From an uncultured Chloroflexia bacterium (GTDB taxonomy: Bacteria; Chloroflexota; Limnocylindria; Limnocylindrales; CSP1-4), in contig CAWDAI010000006.1 of NCBI GenBank assembly GCA_963800275.1, positions 207,130 to 271,129 of the forward strand: DNA of 64,000 bases, in the 5' to 3' direction. Both the position numbers and the translations under genes were made by a program. The notes beneath the pieces were generated by a model. That model searched no databases and was not told the DNA's origin. It was given only the letters and a program-made list of their open reading frames with translations. Positions 1 through 8,361 of this stretch are shown in pieces (within the stretch, counting starts at the first letter, position 1; every line of letters begins with the position of its first letter).

Positions 1-13
1 ACCCGCGCTCCCC

Positions 14-871
14 ATGAGCCTGGCCTTGCCGCGACCCGTGTTCGATGCCGCCGGTGCGCCGGTCAGCGTGCTGCTCGACTTCGACGGCACCATCACCCGC
101 CAAGACGTGGGCGACATGCTGCTGGCCCGACTGGTCGAGGACCAGGACCTGGTGCGCCGCATGGACCAGCTCTACATCGAGGGCGTCAAGGGATCGCGCG
201 AGCTGATCGCCTGGGACATGGAGGTGCTGCCGCGAGATCCCGGTCCGCTGCTGGAGGTGATCGACAGCCTGCCCCTGGACGAGAGTCTCGTAGAGCTGGT
301 GGCGGCTGTGCGTGAGGCCGGTGCTGCGATCGAGATCGTCAGCGACGGCGTCGGCTTCCATGTCGAGCGCATGCTGGCTCGCCTCGGGCTGGAGGAGCTG
401 CCCATCGCCACCAACGCCAGCCAGCTCGGTCGCGGGGGCGAGGGCGTGACCTTCCCCTATGGCCACCCTGCCTGCCTGGTCTGCGGCACCTGCAAGCGCG
501 AGCGCATCCGGCGCCATCGCGACGCTGGTCGGGCGGTCGTCTTCGTGGGTGACGGACCCAGTGACCGCTACGCCGCGCACCACGCGGATGTCATCTTCGC
601 CAAGTCGTCGCTGGCTGGCTGGTGCGAGGTCGAGAACGTGCCCTATGAGCCCTGGGACCGCCTGGCGGACGTGGCCGAGTGGCTGGAGCTGGCCCTGCTC
701 GACGGCCGCCTCCCGGCTGACGCTGCCGACTATCCCGCATGGGCCATGTCGGCGCGGCCGGAGGTGGAGGACTTCATCTGTGGCCCAGAGCTCTGGGGTG
801 CGGGGCGCTTGGTCCCACCGGGCTCGGTCGACCGCACCGCACTGGCCGGTCCCGCTTCAGAACAGCCCTGA
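14..871 (+). CDS. HAD-superfamily (subfamily IB, MtnX/phosphoserine-phosphatase-like) hydrolase
   Basis: Complete 285-aa ORF. N-terminal LLDFDGTIT motif (HAD motif I: DxDGT). C-terminal Cys cluster CLVCGTCKRERIRRH, as in MtnX-like HAD-IB enzymes. Confidence 0.6.
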   Translation: MSLALPRPVFDAAGAPVSVLLDFDGTITRQDVGDMLLARLVEDQDLVRRMDQLYIEGVKGSRELIAWDMEVLPRDPGPLLEVIDSLPLDESLVELVAAVREAGAAIEIVSDGVGFHVERMLARLGLEELPIATNASQLGRGGEGVTFPYGHPACLVCGTCKRERIRRHRDAGRAVVFVGDGPSDRYAAHHADVIFAKSSLAGWCEVENVPYEPWDRLADVAEWLELALLDGRLPADAADYPAWAMSARPEVEDFICGPELWGAGRLVPPGSVDRTALAGPASEQP

Positions 872-1096
872 CCGCACCCCTCACGCACCGCGACTGTCCC
901 GCACCAGCGCGCACGTCCGTGCACCACACCTGACCGCCCCGACCTTGAGCCCTCTCGGGCCACGCCCCCCGCACGCAAGTACGGGGTCATCTCCAGCCAG
1001 TGCGGCGGTACGGTGACGTCGGACGCAGATGCGACCTGCGACAGCTCTCCTGCGAGGGCGTCGTGCCCACCGGCAGCAGCGACGGAGCCAAGGCAC

Positions 1097-1669
1097 GTGA
1101 GGTCTTTCGCCCAAGCCATCCGCCAACGACTCGGGGGGGTCAGCGCGATCCTGCCCGTAGGCCGCGGCGATGAACGCGGGCAGGGCATCGTCGAGTTCGC
1201 CATGGTCCTGCCCATCTCGCTCGTGCTCTTGCTGGCCGTGGCCGACCTGGCTCGCGCCTACACCACGATGGCGACGATCGAATCGGCAGCTCGGGAGGCG
1301 GCTGACTTCGGTGCCTACGGATCGGGCAACTGGGACCCGGCGAACGAACCGTACACCCGAGACTCGATGGAGGAGCGCGCCTGCACCGCCAGCCGGCACC
1401 TGACGGACTTCGCGGGCACCACCACCAGCTGCACCAACCCGGCCATCACCGTTTCGCTGGTCGAGGCCAACGGCAACCCCGCCACCGGCTGCGACGACCC
1501 CGAGCGCACCCCGGGTCCGTGCCGGGTGAAGGTGGACCTCGACTACACCTTCAACCTGCTGGTGCCCTTCGGCATCGACTTCGACGGCGTGCGCTTCGGC
1601 GTGCCCGACAGCTTCACCTTCCGTCGCACGAGCATCTTCGCCAACTCGGACTTCATGACCAACCCATGA
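1097..1669 (+). CDS. TadE-like minor pilin (module A, gene 1)
   Basis: In-frame GTG at 1097 inside ORF 1013..1669. N-terminus carries [28 protein letters not shown], a TadE-like prepilin segment. Stop overlaps the next start (ATGA). Confidence 0.6.
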   Translation: MRSFAQAIRQRLGGVSAILPVGRGDERGQGIVEFAMVLPISLVLLLAVADLARAYTTMATIESAAREAADFGAYGSGNWDPANEPYTRDSMEERACTASRHLTDFAGTTTSCTNPAITVSLVEANGNPATGCDDPERTPGPCRVKVDLDYTFNLLVPFGIDFDGVRFGVPDSFTFRRTSIFANSDFMTNP

Positions 1670-2193
1670 TCGGACGACTGATGCGGCGGCTGACCGGCCG
1701 TCATCGCTCCCGCGGACAGGCTCTCGTCGAGTTCACGCTCGTGGCGCCGATGCTGTTCCTGCTCATCCTCGGGACCATCGAGGCTGGGCGGTTCATCTTC
1801 TTCTACGAGGTCATGAACAATGCCACCCGCGAGGGTGCACGCTACGCCATCGTCCACGGCGCCAATTCGACGTGCCCCAGCGGTCCGCCGCCGCCTGGCG
1901 AGGTCAACAATTGCGACCTGCCTGGCAAGAACGTGAAGACGGCGGTGGCCGATGCCGCTCTCGAGCTGGCCGGGGTCGGCGACCTCATCGTCTTCGACCC
2001 GGTCTGGACCAACCGAAGCACGCCTGCCAACCCCAGCCCGGGAGACGCCAGCTCGGGCACCAACGCTCGCGGCGAGTACGTGACCGTCTTCCTCGACTTC
2101 ACCTACCAACCGCTCGTGCGGGAGGTCGTGGACATCCCCTTCCTGCCGGACATCAACATCAGCGCGGAGTCGACCCTTGTCATCAACTACTGA
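1666..2193 (+). CDS. TadE-like minor pilin (module A, gene 2)
   Basis: ATG at 1666 overlaps the upstream stop (ATGA). [49 protein letters not shown] matches the TadE-like motif. Confidence 0.65.
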   Translation: MIGRLMRRLTGRHRSRGQALVEFTLVAPMLFLLILGTIEAGRFIFFYEVMNNATREGARYAIVHGANSTCPSGPPPPGEVNNCDLPGKNVKTAVADAALELAGVGDLIVFDPVWTNRSTPANPSPGDASSGTNARGEYVTVFLDFTYQPLVREVVDIPFLPDINISAESTLVINY

Positions 2194-3580
2194 GCGACAG
2201 CGCGGGCAGGTGCTCGCCATCTTCGCCCTGAGCCTGACCGTCGTGCTCGGGGCCGGAGCGCTTGCCTTCGACGGCGGCCTGATGATCCTCGAGCGTCGCG
2301 ATGAGCAGAACGCGGCAGATGCGGCGGCCATGGCCGGTGCGCGCTACGTCACCACCGACCAAACAAAGGCGCGCGACGTGGCTGCGAGCGTGGCCAGTGA
2401 CAATGGCTTCACCGCCGGCGACGGCCAGGAGATCGTCACGGTCAACATCCCGCCGGCTACGGGCAAGTTCGCGACCTGGCCCAATGCCATCCAGGTCGAC
2501 ATCCGGAACACACGTCCCTCTATCCTCGGTGCGGTCATGGGCTTCCTCAACTGGCCCGTCAGCGCCACGGCCACGGCTGCCTCGTTGGACAACGTGGGCG
2601 GTCCGTTCTCAATGCTCGCGCTCGAACCGCACGAGTGCAAGGGCATCCTTGTCGCAGGCTCAGGGGGCATCGTGGCCAACGGCAACATCCAGGTGAATTC
2701 TGACTGTCCGGACTCAGCTCTCATGCGGCAAGCCGGCGGTACGATCACGGTCACAGCGGCTGGCGCAGCGTGCAATGTGAACGGTGGCATCAAGGATGAC
2801 GGAGGCCAAGGCGACAACCTCCACTGCCTCACGGTGACTGGGGCGCCGGTAATTCCGGATCCGCTGGAGGCCCTGCCGGACGTGACGATGCCGTCGTTCC
2901 CGCAAGCGCCCGCGAAGATCGGCCACAACAAGCAAACCCCAACCGGTTGCCCGGGTAGCAACAAACCCGCCACGCTCGACGCGCCCGCCGAGTGCAAGTT
3001 CGGGGCCCAGCTCAAGGACACCACGTGGCGCCTCTATCCGGGTGTGTATCCCGGTGGCATCACCATACTGGGTGGGAACTTCTACCTGGAGCCAGGCATC
3101 TACTGGATCGGCGGAGGCGGCCTATCAATTGGCGGCAACGGCTCGTTCATCGAGTCGGTAGAGGCGGGTACAACCACGATCGGCGGTGGCGTCCTCTTCT
3201 ACAACACAGCAATCTCAGGTTCACCGCTCGGGGTCATCGACCTCAATGGCGCCTCGGCCAACATGCACCTGATGCCGCTGAACATGCCCGCAGGTACGTG
3301 GCAGTCCACTTGGAATGGGTTGATCATCTATCAGGACCGTTCCTACACCAGCGGCGCGAACGATCTCACCGTGAATGGGAACGCCTCCGTGGGCATGGAC
3401 GTCCGAGGCACCATCTACCTGCCTGACGGCGAAGTCGTCATCAATGGCAACAACGGCGACCTGGTGATGGACCAGATCATCGCGCGAACGTTCAAGGTCA
3501 ACGGAGACAGCGGCGACATCCTGGCCCTGAAGGACACGGACAACATCTACAAGTTCAACGCCGCCGGCCTCGTGGAGTAG
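2177..3580 (+). CDS. TadG-like (Tad/PF13400-type N-terminus) pseudopilin with large Gly/Asn-rich beta-rich C-terminal region (module A, gene 3)
   Basis: N-terminus [53 protein letters not shown] matches the TadG-like N-terminal pattern. 467 aa. The C-terminus is rich in G/N/T repeats typical of TadG. Confidence 0.65.
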   Translation: MSSTTERQRGQVLAIFALSLTVVLGAGALAFDGGLMILERRDEQNAADAAAMAGARYVTTDQTKARDVAASVASDNGFTAGDGQEIVTVNIPPATGKFATWPNAIQVDIRNTRPSILGAVMGFLNWPVSATATAASLDNVGGPFSMLALEPHECKGILVAGSGGIVANGNIQVNSDCPDSALMRQAGGTITVTAAGAACNVNGGIKDDGGQGDNLHCLTVTGAPVIPDPLEALPDVTMPSFPQAPAKIGHNKQTPTGCPGSNKPATLDAPAECKFGAQLKDTTWRLYPGVYPGGITILGGNFYLEPGIYWIGGGGLSIGGNGSFIESVEAGTTTIGGGVLFYNTAISGSPLGVIDLNGASANMHLMPLNMPAGTWQSTWNGLIIYQDRSYTSGANDLTVNGNASVGMDVRGTIYLPDGEVVINGNNGDLVMDQIIARTFKVNGDSGDILALKDTDNIYKFNAAGLVE

Positions 3581-3618
3581 CCGCCGGCCCGGCCCGGGCC
3601 TCAAGATCACGAGTAGGA

Positions 3619-3660
3619 CCCCTCCCTCGGACAGCATGTCCGGCGGAGGGGTTCGTTCTT
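3619..3660 (+). terminator. Rho-independent-like terminator after pilin module A
   Basis: CCCCTCC...GGAGGGG 7-bp GC stem (3619-3651) followed by TTCGTTCTT. Sits 40 nt after the TadG-like stop. Confidence 0.45.
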
Positions 3661-3858
3661 GTGCGCTCAGGTGTTAAGCAGGGTGCGCCAGCCGTTGACT
3701 TCCATCGCCACTAATCGCGCTTCGGTGTGGTCGAAAAGTACCGGGGAGCGTACCATCGTAATGTGGTTCGGGGGACCACTGGTCACAGTCGCCGGTCCTC
3801 CTCCTGGACCCGAGTCCTGAGCGCAGGCCCACGTGGGCCCGACTAGGGGGAATGGCCA

Positions 3859-4845
3859 GTGAAGCGCATCGCGGGTTCCCTGCGATCCCGCCATCGAGAC
3901 GTTTCGACTCCAGGGACTGGCCTCACGCGTTCGCGCGGCCAGTCTCTGGTGGAGTTCACCCTGGTCATTCCGGTGCTTCTCCTCATCGTTTTGGGTGCGC
4001 TTGACTTCGGCCGAGCGTTCATGGGTTGGATCGTCCTCAACAATGCTGCACGGGTCGGTGCGAACTACGCATCTCTGTATGCGCCCGCGTGGAATGGTGG
4101 TGTCAACGCGAGCACCCGCCAAGACGCGTACGAGCAACTCGTGGCAGGCGCCAGGAGAGAGGCGGCAGGTGTCTTCGCAGGCTGTGATGACGAGGTTGTG
4201 CCGAGCCCTGCTTTCCCGAGTGGGTATGAGATCGGTGACTATGCCGTCGTCGAGTTGGATTGCGGATTCCAGCCGATCACACCTCTGATCGGGGAGATCC
4301 TCTCTTCAGGTGGTGGCACCTTGCCAGTCGGAGCGAAGGCCGTGTTTCCGATTCGCACGGGCAAGATCGACAGCCCTCCCGAGGATCCGGCGGGGCTCTG
4401 CAGGTCCACTTTCACGTATCAGGCGGAAGCTGAGGACCCGCACGCGGTTCAGTTCACGAATACGACGGCTGGCGGGAGCGGGATATTCGCTTGGGACTTT
4501 GGGGATGCGGAGTACGAGGTCGTCGAGAACCCGCTGCACATCTATGAAGAGGGTCGGGCTTACAGCGTGACATTTCAGGCCGGCGGCTGTACTTCGATCA
4601 CCTACCCGGTGCTGGTGCTCGATGAGGCACCGGAGGATCCACCCCCACCTGGCGACACCCGCTGCCAGGTTCCGGTATTCGCCGACACATTGAATACTGG
4701 CGCCATCGCACTCTGGTCAGATGCTGGGTTCACCGGAACCATCACATACATCCCTGCGGTCGGCGAATGGACGGTTGCATCGCAGACGTTGGTAGGCAAC
4801 TCCCTACAGGCCTGTGATGAGGACATCACCTTGAGGAAGAAATAG
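3859..4845 (+). CDS. TadE-like minor pilin fused to a PKD domain and a Cys-bracketed C-terminal module (module B, gene 1)
   Basis: GTG start, N-terminal RGQSLVEFTLVIPVLLLIVLGALDFGRAF. PKD signature at aa ~181-254 (FAWDFGDAEYEVVENPLHIYEEGRAYSVTFQAGG). C-terminal CQVP...WSDAGFTG...C module. Confidence 0.65.
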   Translation: MKRIAGSLRSRHRDVSTPGTGLTRSRGQSLVEFTLVIPVLLLIVLGALDFGRAFMGWIVLNNAARVGANYASLYAPAWNGGVNASTRQDAYEQLVAGARREAAGVFAGCDDEVVPSPAFPSGYEIGDYAVVELDCGFQPITPLIGEILSSGGGTLPVGAKAVFPIRTGKIDSPPEDPAGLCRSTFTYQAEAEDPHAVQFTNTTAGGSGIFAWDFGDAEYEVVENPLHIYEEGRAYSVTFQAGGCTSITYPVLVLDEAPEDPPPPGDTRCQVPVFADTLNTGAIALWSDAGFTGTITYIPAVGEWTVASQTLVGNSLQACDEDITLRKK

Positions 4846-4853
4846 GACTGGCC

Positions 4854-5321
4854 ATGGACGACCAGTGCCAAGCCAAGACCGTCCCCGCGGCGAGGGAACA
4901 TCAGCTCGGTGGGGGGTTGGTGGAGTTCGCCCTGGTCCTGCCATTGCTCGTGCTTGTGATGCTTGGGTTGTTCGACGGTGGCCGGGCGATCATCTTCTAC
5001 TCAGAGTTGTCGAACGCCTCACGCGCCGGCGCTCGCGTGGCAATGGTCAACCAGTCGAACGATGCGAGTTGCTCGGGTAGCGAGCCCACGTTCAAGTGCG
5101 CCGCTGCTGCGCAGACGAGTGGTACTGGACTGACCGCCTCTGATATCGGCGACCTCACGATCGAGGGGGACGACTGCGCCCTCATCAACGCATGCAGTGT
5201 GACAGTGAAGGTGGAGTACACCTACGAGCCGATCACACCGGTCATCGGCGACCTGATCGGTCCGATCGATCTGGTGGCTGAGTCCACGATGCCCATCGAA
5301 CGCCAGCACACGGGCCCATAG
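4854..5321 (+). CDS. TadE-like minor pilin (module B, gene 2)
   Basis: [47 protein letters not shown]. 155 aa. Confidence 0.65.
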   Translation: MDDQCQAKTVPAAREHQLGGGLVEFALVLPLLVLVMLGLFDGGRAIIFYSELSNASRAGARVAMVNQSNDASCSGSEPTFKCAAAAQTSGTGLTASDIGDLTIEGDDCALINACSVTVKVEYTYEPITPVIGDLIGPIDLVAESTMPIERQHTGP

Positions 5322-5324
5322 GAG

Positions 5325-6533
5325 ATGCACATGGACACGAGGCACTTCGGCTCGCGCGAAGGAGGGCAAGTCTTGCCACTCTTCGCGCTTGGGCTTGTCA
5401 CCCTCATCGCTGCCATCGCGCTCGTGCTGGACGGCGGCTTCGCTCTCGCGAAGCATCGCGAAAGCCAGAATGCGAGCGACGCGGCGGCCGAGGCTGGCGC
5501 AGTCGTCTTGGCGGAGCACCGATCTGGTGCCGACCGAACGGATTCCGAAGTGTGGGATGCCGTACAGGGTGTCCTCACCGCGATGGGCATGGATGTTGTT
5601 GGTTCCAGCGCCGAGTACACCAGGATCGATGGGACCGGACTTGGGCTGATGGTCGGCGAGAGCGGCGGTTCTGCGTCCGCCCCACCACCAGCGGCGTGGG
5701 GAGTCACCGTCAATGGTTCGTTGCCTGTCGACACCTTTTTCGCACGCGTCATCGATATCGACGAGTTCGACGCAGCGACGACGGCAACTGCCATAACCGG
5801 GTATGGCAAGCCCGCGGGAACTACGCTGCTTCCTGTCACGCCACCGATCACGATGGTCACGTGTGATGGCACCAACCGGCCGCTGAGCACGGCAACGCGA
5901 TGGGGCACAGAACAGATCTACAAAGTGCCCCTGTGCTCCAACGGTGCCGGCAATGTCGGTTGGTTGGATTGGTCAGACGAATACGACGAGAATGAGGGGG
6001 GCGGCAAGGTCGAGATCGAGGACCAGATCAGGAGTCCGTACATTCCCCCTCCAGGGATCTTGATCCCGGCGTGGCACCAAGTAGCCGAGACTGGCAGCCC
6101 GAACAAGATCGGGATCGAGGACGCCCTGCGAGAGCACGACGGTGAGATTGTCCTTCTTCCTATCTTCGATGCATGGTGCACAGGAGACGTGGAGCCGAAC
6201 AGCGACGGGGTTCTGGACTGCCCTGAGGGCGATGTGAGCCCAGTCGAGAGCCCCGATCCCAGTAACCCAGGTGGCGGCGCCAAGATGTGGTATCACCTCC
6301 AGGAGATCGCCGCGTTCGAGCTTTGCTCGCCGGCGATTGACGGCTGCACCGAGCATGGTGCGTACATCAACTCAGCGACCGAGGCCACCCAGATCTGCGA
6401 ATCGGGTAACGGATCCACGCGTTGTCTCGTTGGCAAGTTCGTCAACTTCATCCCAGGCCCGGGTTACGTCACCGGCGAGCTCGATACCACGGCTGGGCCT
6501 TCGAACTTCCTCGTCATCCAACTGATCAGGTAG
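5325..6533 (+). CDS. TadG-like pseudopilin (module B, gene 3)
   Basis: EGGQVLPLFALGLVTLIAAIALVLDGGFALAKHRESQNASDAAAEAGAVVLA, a TadG-type N-terminus. 402 aa. The 3-nt gap to the previous gene suggests co-transcription. Confidence 0.65.
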   Translation: MHMDTRHFGSREGGQVLPLFALGLVTLIAAIALVLDGGFALAKHRESQNASDAAAEAGAVVLAEHRSGADRTDSEVWDAVQGVLTAMGMDVVGSSAEYTRIDGTGLGLMVGESGGSASAPPPAAWGVTVNGSLPVDTFFARVIDIDEFDAATTATAITGYGKPAGTTLLPVTPPITMVTCDGTNRPLSTATRWGTEQIYKVPLCSNGAGNVGWLDWSDEYDENEGGGKVEIEDQIRSPYIPPPGILIPAWHQVAETGSPNKIGIEDALREHDGEIVLLPIFDAWCTGDVEPNSDGVLDCPEGDVSPVESPDPSNPGGGAKMWYHLQEIAAFELCSPAIDGCTEHGAYINSATEATQICESGNGSTRCLVGKFVNFIPGPGYVTGELDTTAGPSNFLVIQLIR

Positions 6534-6535
6534 GT

Positions 6536-6561
6536 CCCGACGCTCCAGCAGCGGAGTCGGG
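6536..6561 (+). terminator. Hairpin after pilin module B (possible terminator, no U-tract)
   Basis: CCCGAC-g-CTCC agcagc GGAG-t-CGGG, immediately after the stop at 6533. Confidence 0.3.
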
Positions 6562-6877
6562 CCAGGTTGGGCCGGGAGGAGAACAACTGCGGTGCGGCAC
6601 GCCCTTGTGGTCCCATCGCAGACGTCGGGACAGCCATCCGAGCCATACGTTCACGAATGCTAGTCGAGTTTGACGGCTGCATCAGGCATAGCCTCCAGAT
6701 TTCCCGGTTCTGGTCCATGGTGGACCGCTGGACACCAGTGCGGTGATGTGCAGTCACGCCGTTGATTCCTGTCAGCAGAAAGGCCCAGCGCGCCTATGCA
6801 CTTTGGTCAGGGGACGGTACGATTGAGCCCAGCCGAGGTACCAAGGGTCATCCCTCTGCTGTTCGTCCGAGCGCCAG

Positions 6878-7789
6878 ATGCCTGCCCACTCTCCGGAGGC
6901 GAATGTGGAACCAAACAAATTCAGGGCCGGACCAGAGACCTCCCGGTCGTCATCGTCGCGGTCGGCTGGTCAGGCGCTCGTCGAGTTCGCGCTCGTGCTG
7001 CCCGTCATGCTTCTCCTACTGCTGATGGCAGTCGATTTCGGTCGTTTGTTCACGACCTACATCGCTGTCAACAACGCCGCGCGGGAGGGTGCGTTCTACG
7101 CTGCCGAGCACGCCAAGGACACCCCGTTCGACCAGTCGACGTTCAACGCCGCGGCGCGAGCGGCCGCAGAGAGGGAGGTCAACGTCCAGAGCCAGGGCGG
7201 AGAGGGCACGCTGTCGGTCAGCCTGCCGGTCTGCTCGGTCGCCGGGGTACCATCCAGCACAGTGTCGTGCGAGACGGCGGCTGCCAGTGGTGGTGTAACG
7301 GGCTACCAGGCCACTGTGACGGTCTCTCGGCCCTTCTCGCTGATCACCCCCATCGTGGGCGACCTCTTCGGCGGTTCGCTTGACCTGACCGCGACATCAA
7401 GCGCGCCGGTTCTGAACGCGCCGAGCGTGATCGTGCTCCCCGGGGCTTCGCCGACTCCTACTCCGTCGCCAACCCCCAGCCCGTCGCCTACCCCGAGCCC
7501 TACGCCCGACCCAGGAGCGTCGCCCAGTCCGTCCCCCGACCCGAACGCCAGCCCGACGCCCACCCCCTCGCCTACGCCTGAACCCACCTGCACAGTGCCC
7601 GACGTGACCTCGAGCGGCAACATCCACTGGTACTACAACACTGATCCCAACGCCCTCGATGCCTGGCAGGTGGCCAACTTCACCGGAGCGCTCGTGGACG
7701 ACACCTCCAACCAGAAGATCAAGAGTCAGACGCGCGCCGCCGGATCGGTGGTGGTGTGTTCCAGCAGCATGACTGTGAGCGACAAGTGA
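6878..7789 (+). CDS. TadE-like minor pilin with Pro/Thr/Ser-rich linker and Cys-bracketed C-terminal module (module C, gene 1)
   Basis: [30 protein letters not shown] motif. Alternative GTG start at ~6906 follows a GGAGG RBS. Linker [21 protein letters not shown]...SPTPEP (aa 189-236) precedes CTVP...WQVANFTG...C. Confidence 0.6.
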   Translation: MPAHSPEANVEPNKFRAGPETSRSSSSRSAGQALVEFALVLPVMLLLLLMAVDFGRLFTTYIAVNNAAREGAFYAAEHAKDTPFDQSTFNAAARAAAEREVNVQSQGGEGTLSVSLPVCSVAGVPSSTVSCETAAASGGVTGYQATVTVSRPFSLITPIVGDLFGGSLDLTATSSAPVLNAPSVIVLPGASPTPTPSPTPSPSPTPSPTPDPGASPSPSPDPNASPTPTPSPTPEPTCTVPDVTSSGNIHWYYNTDPNALDAWQVANFTGALVDDTSNQKIKSQTRAAGSVVVCSSSMTVSDK

Positions 7790-8352
7790 ACCGACATTCC
7801 ACCCGCACCCGCCAGGATGGCCAGACGCTCGTGGAGTTCGCCTTGGTCCTGCCGTTCTTCATGCTCATCCTCTTCGGGGTCTTCGATGCCGGACGGCTCG
7901 TGTTCACCAACTCGACCCTCTCCCAGGCGGCACGTGAGGGTGCGCGTCTGGCGGCCGTGGAGGCTGGCAACGTCGGTCTCAGCGACAGCGATTGCGTCGA
8001 CACCGCCGCCGATGTCGGGACCTCGGGTGGTATCGGTGCCAAGGTGTGCCCACCTTCCTTGACCTCGCTCAAGACGGACGTGGAGTCCGCCGTGGATCGG
8101 ATGACCGCGGCGGTCGGTCCACTAGCGGCCGTCTATTTCTCCTGCGACCCAGACGGCACGGAGCCGAGTGGCGCCTGGACCGAAACAAGCGAGGGCAATG
8201 GCTGTGACGACGGAAGTGGCAACAGCCTCGGTGCCACCGGCGAATTGGTCTCGGTGCGGATCGAGCACGCCTATCAACCCATCACGCCGGTCATCGGCGA
8301 GATCTTCGGCACGATCACGCTCAGCGGGTCGGCCAGCATGACCATCAACTAG
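7786..8352 (+). CDS. TadE-like minor pilin (module C, gene 2)
   Basis: GTG at 7786 overlaps the upstream stop (GTGA). N-terminus [40 protein letters not shown]. The ORF could extend to an ATG at 7756. Confidence 0.6.
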   Translation: MNRHSTRTRQDGQTLVEFALVLPFFMLILFGVFDAGRLVFTNSTLSQAAREGARLAAVEAGNVGLSDSDCVDTAADVGTSGGIGAKVCPPSLTSLKTDVESAVDRMTAAVGPLAAVYFSCDPDGTEPSGAWTETSEGNGCDDGSGNSLGATGELVSVRIEHAYQPITPVIGEIFGTITLSGSASMTIN

Positions 8353-8361
8353 GAGGTCATC

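Noticed and set aside
872-1096. Region upstream of the first TadE-like gene searched for a Flp major pilin ORF
   Set aside because: No ORF with the Flp signature (…G-ATAIEYGLIA…) in any frame. The same holds for the 3581-3858 and 6534-6877 spacers.
7440-7590. Short tandem DNA repeats (CCGACNCC / CCNAGCCC units)
   Set aside because: They encode the Pro/Thr/Ser linker of a pilin gene. They are coding low-complexity sequence, not a CRISPR array or non-coding repeat, with no spacer/repeat regularity.
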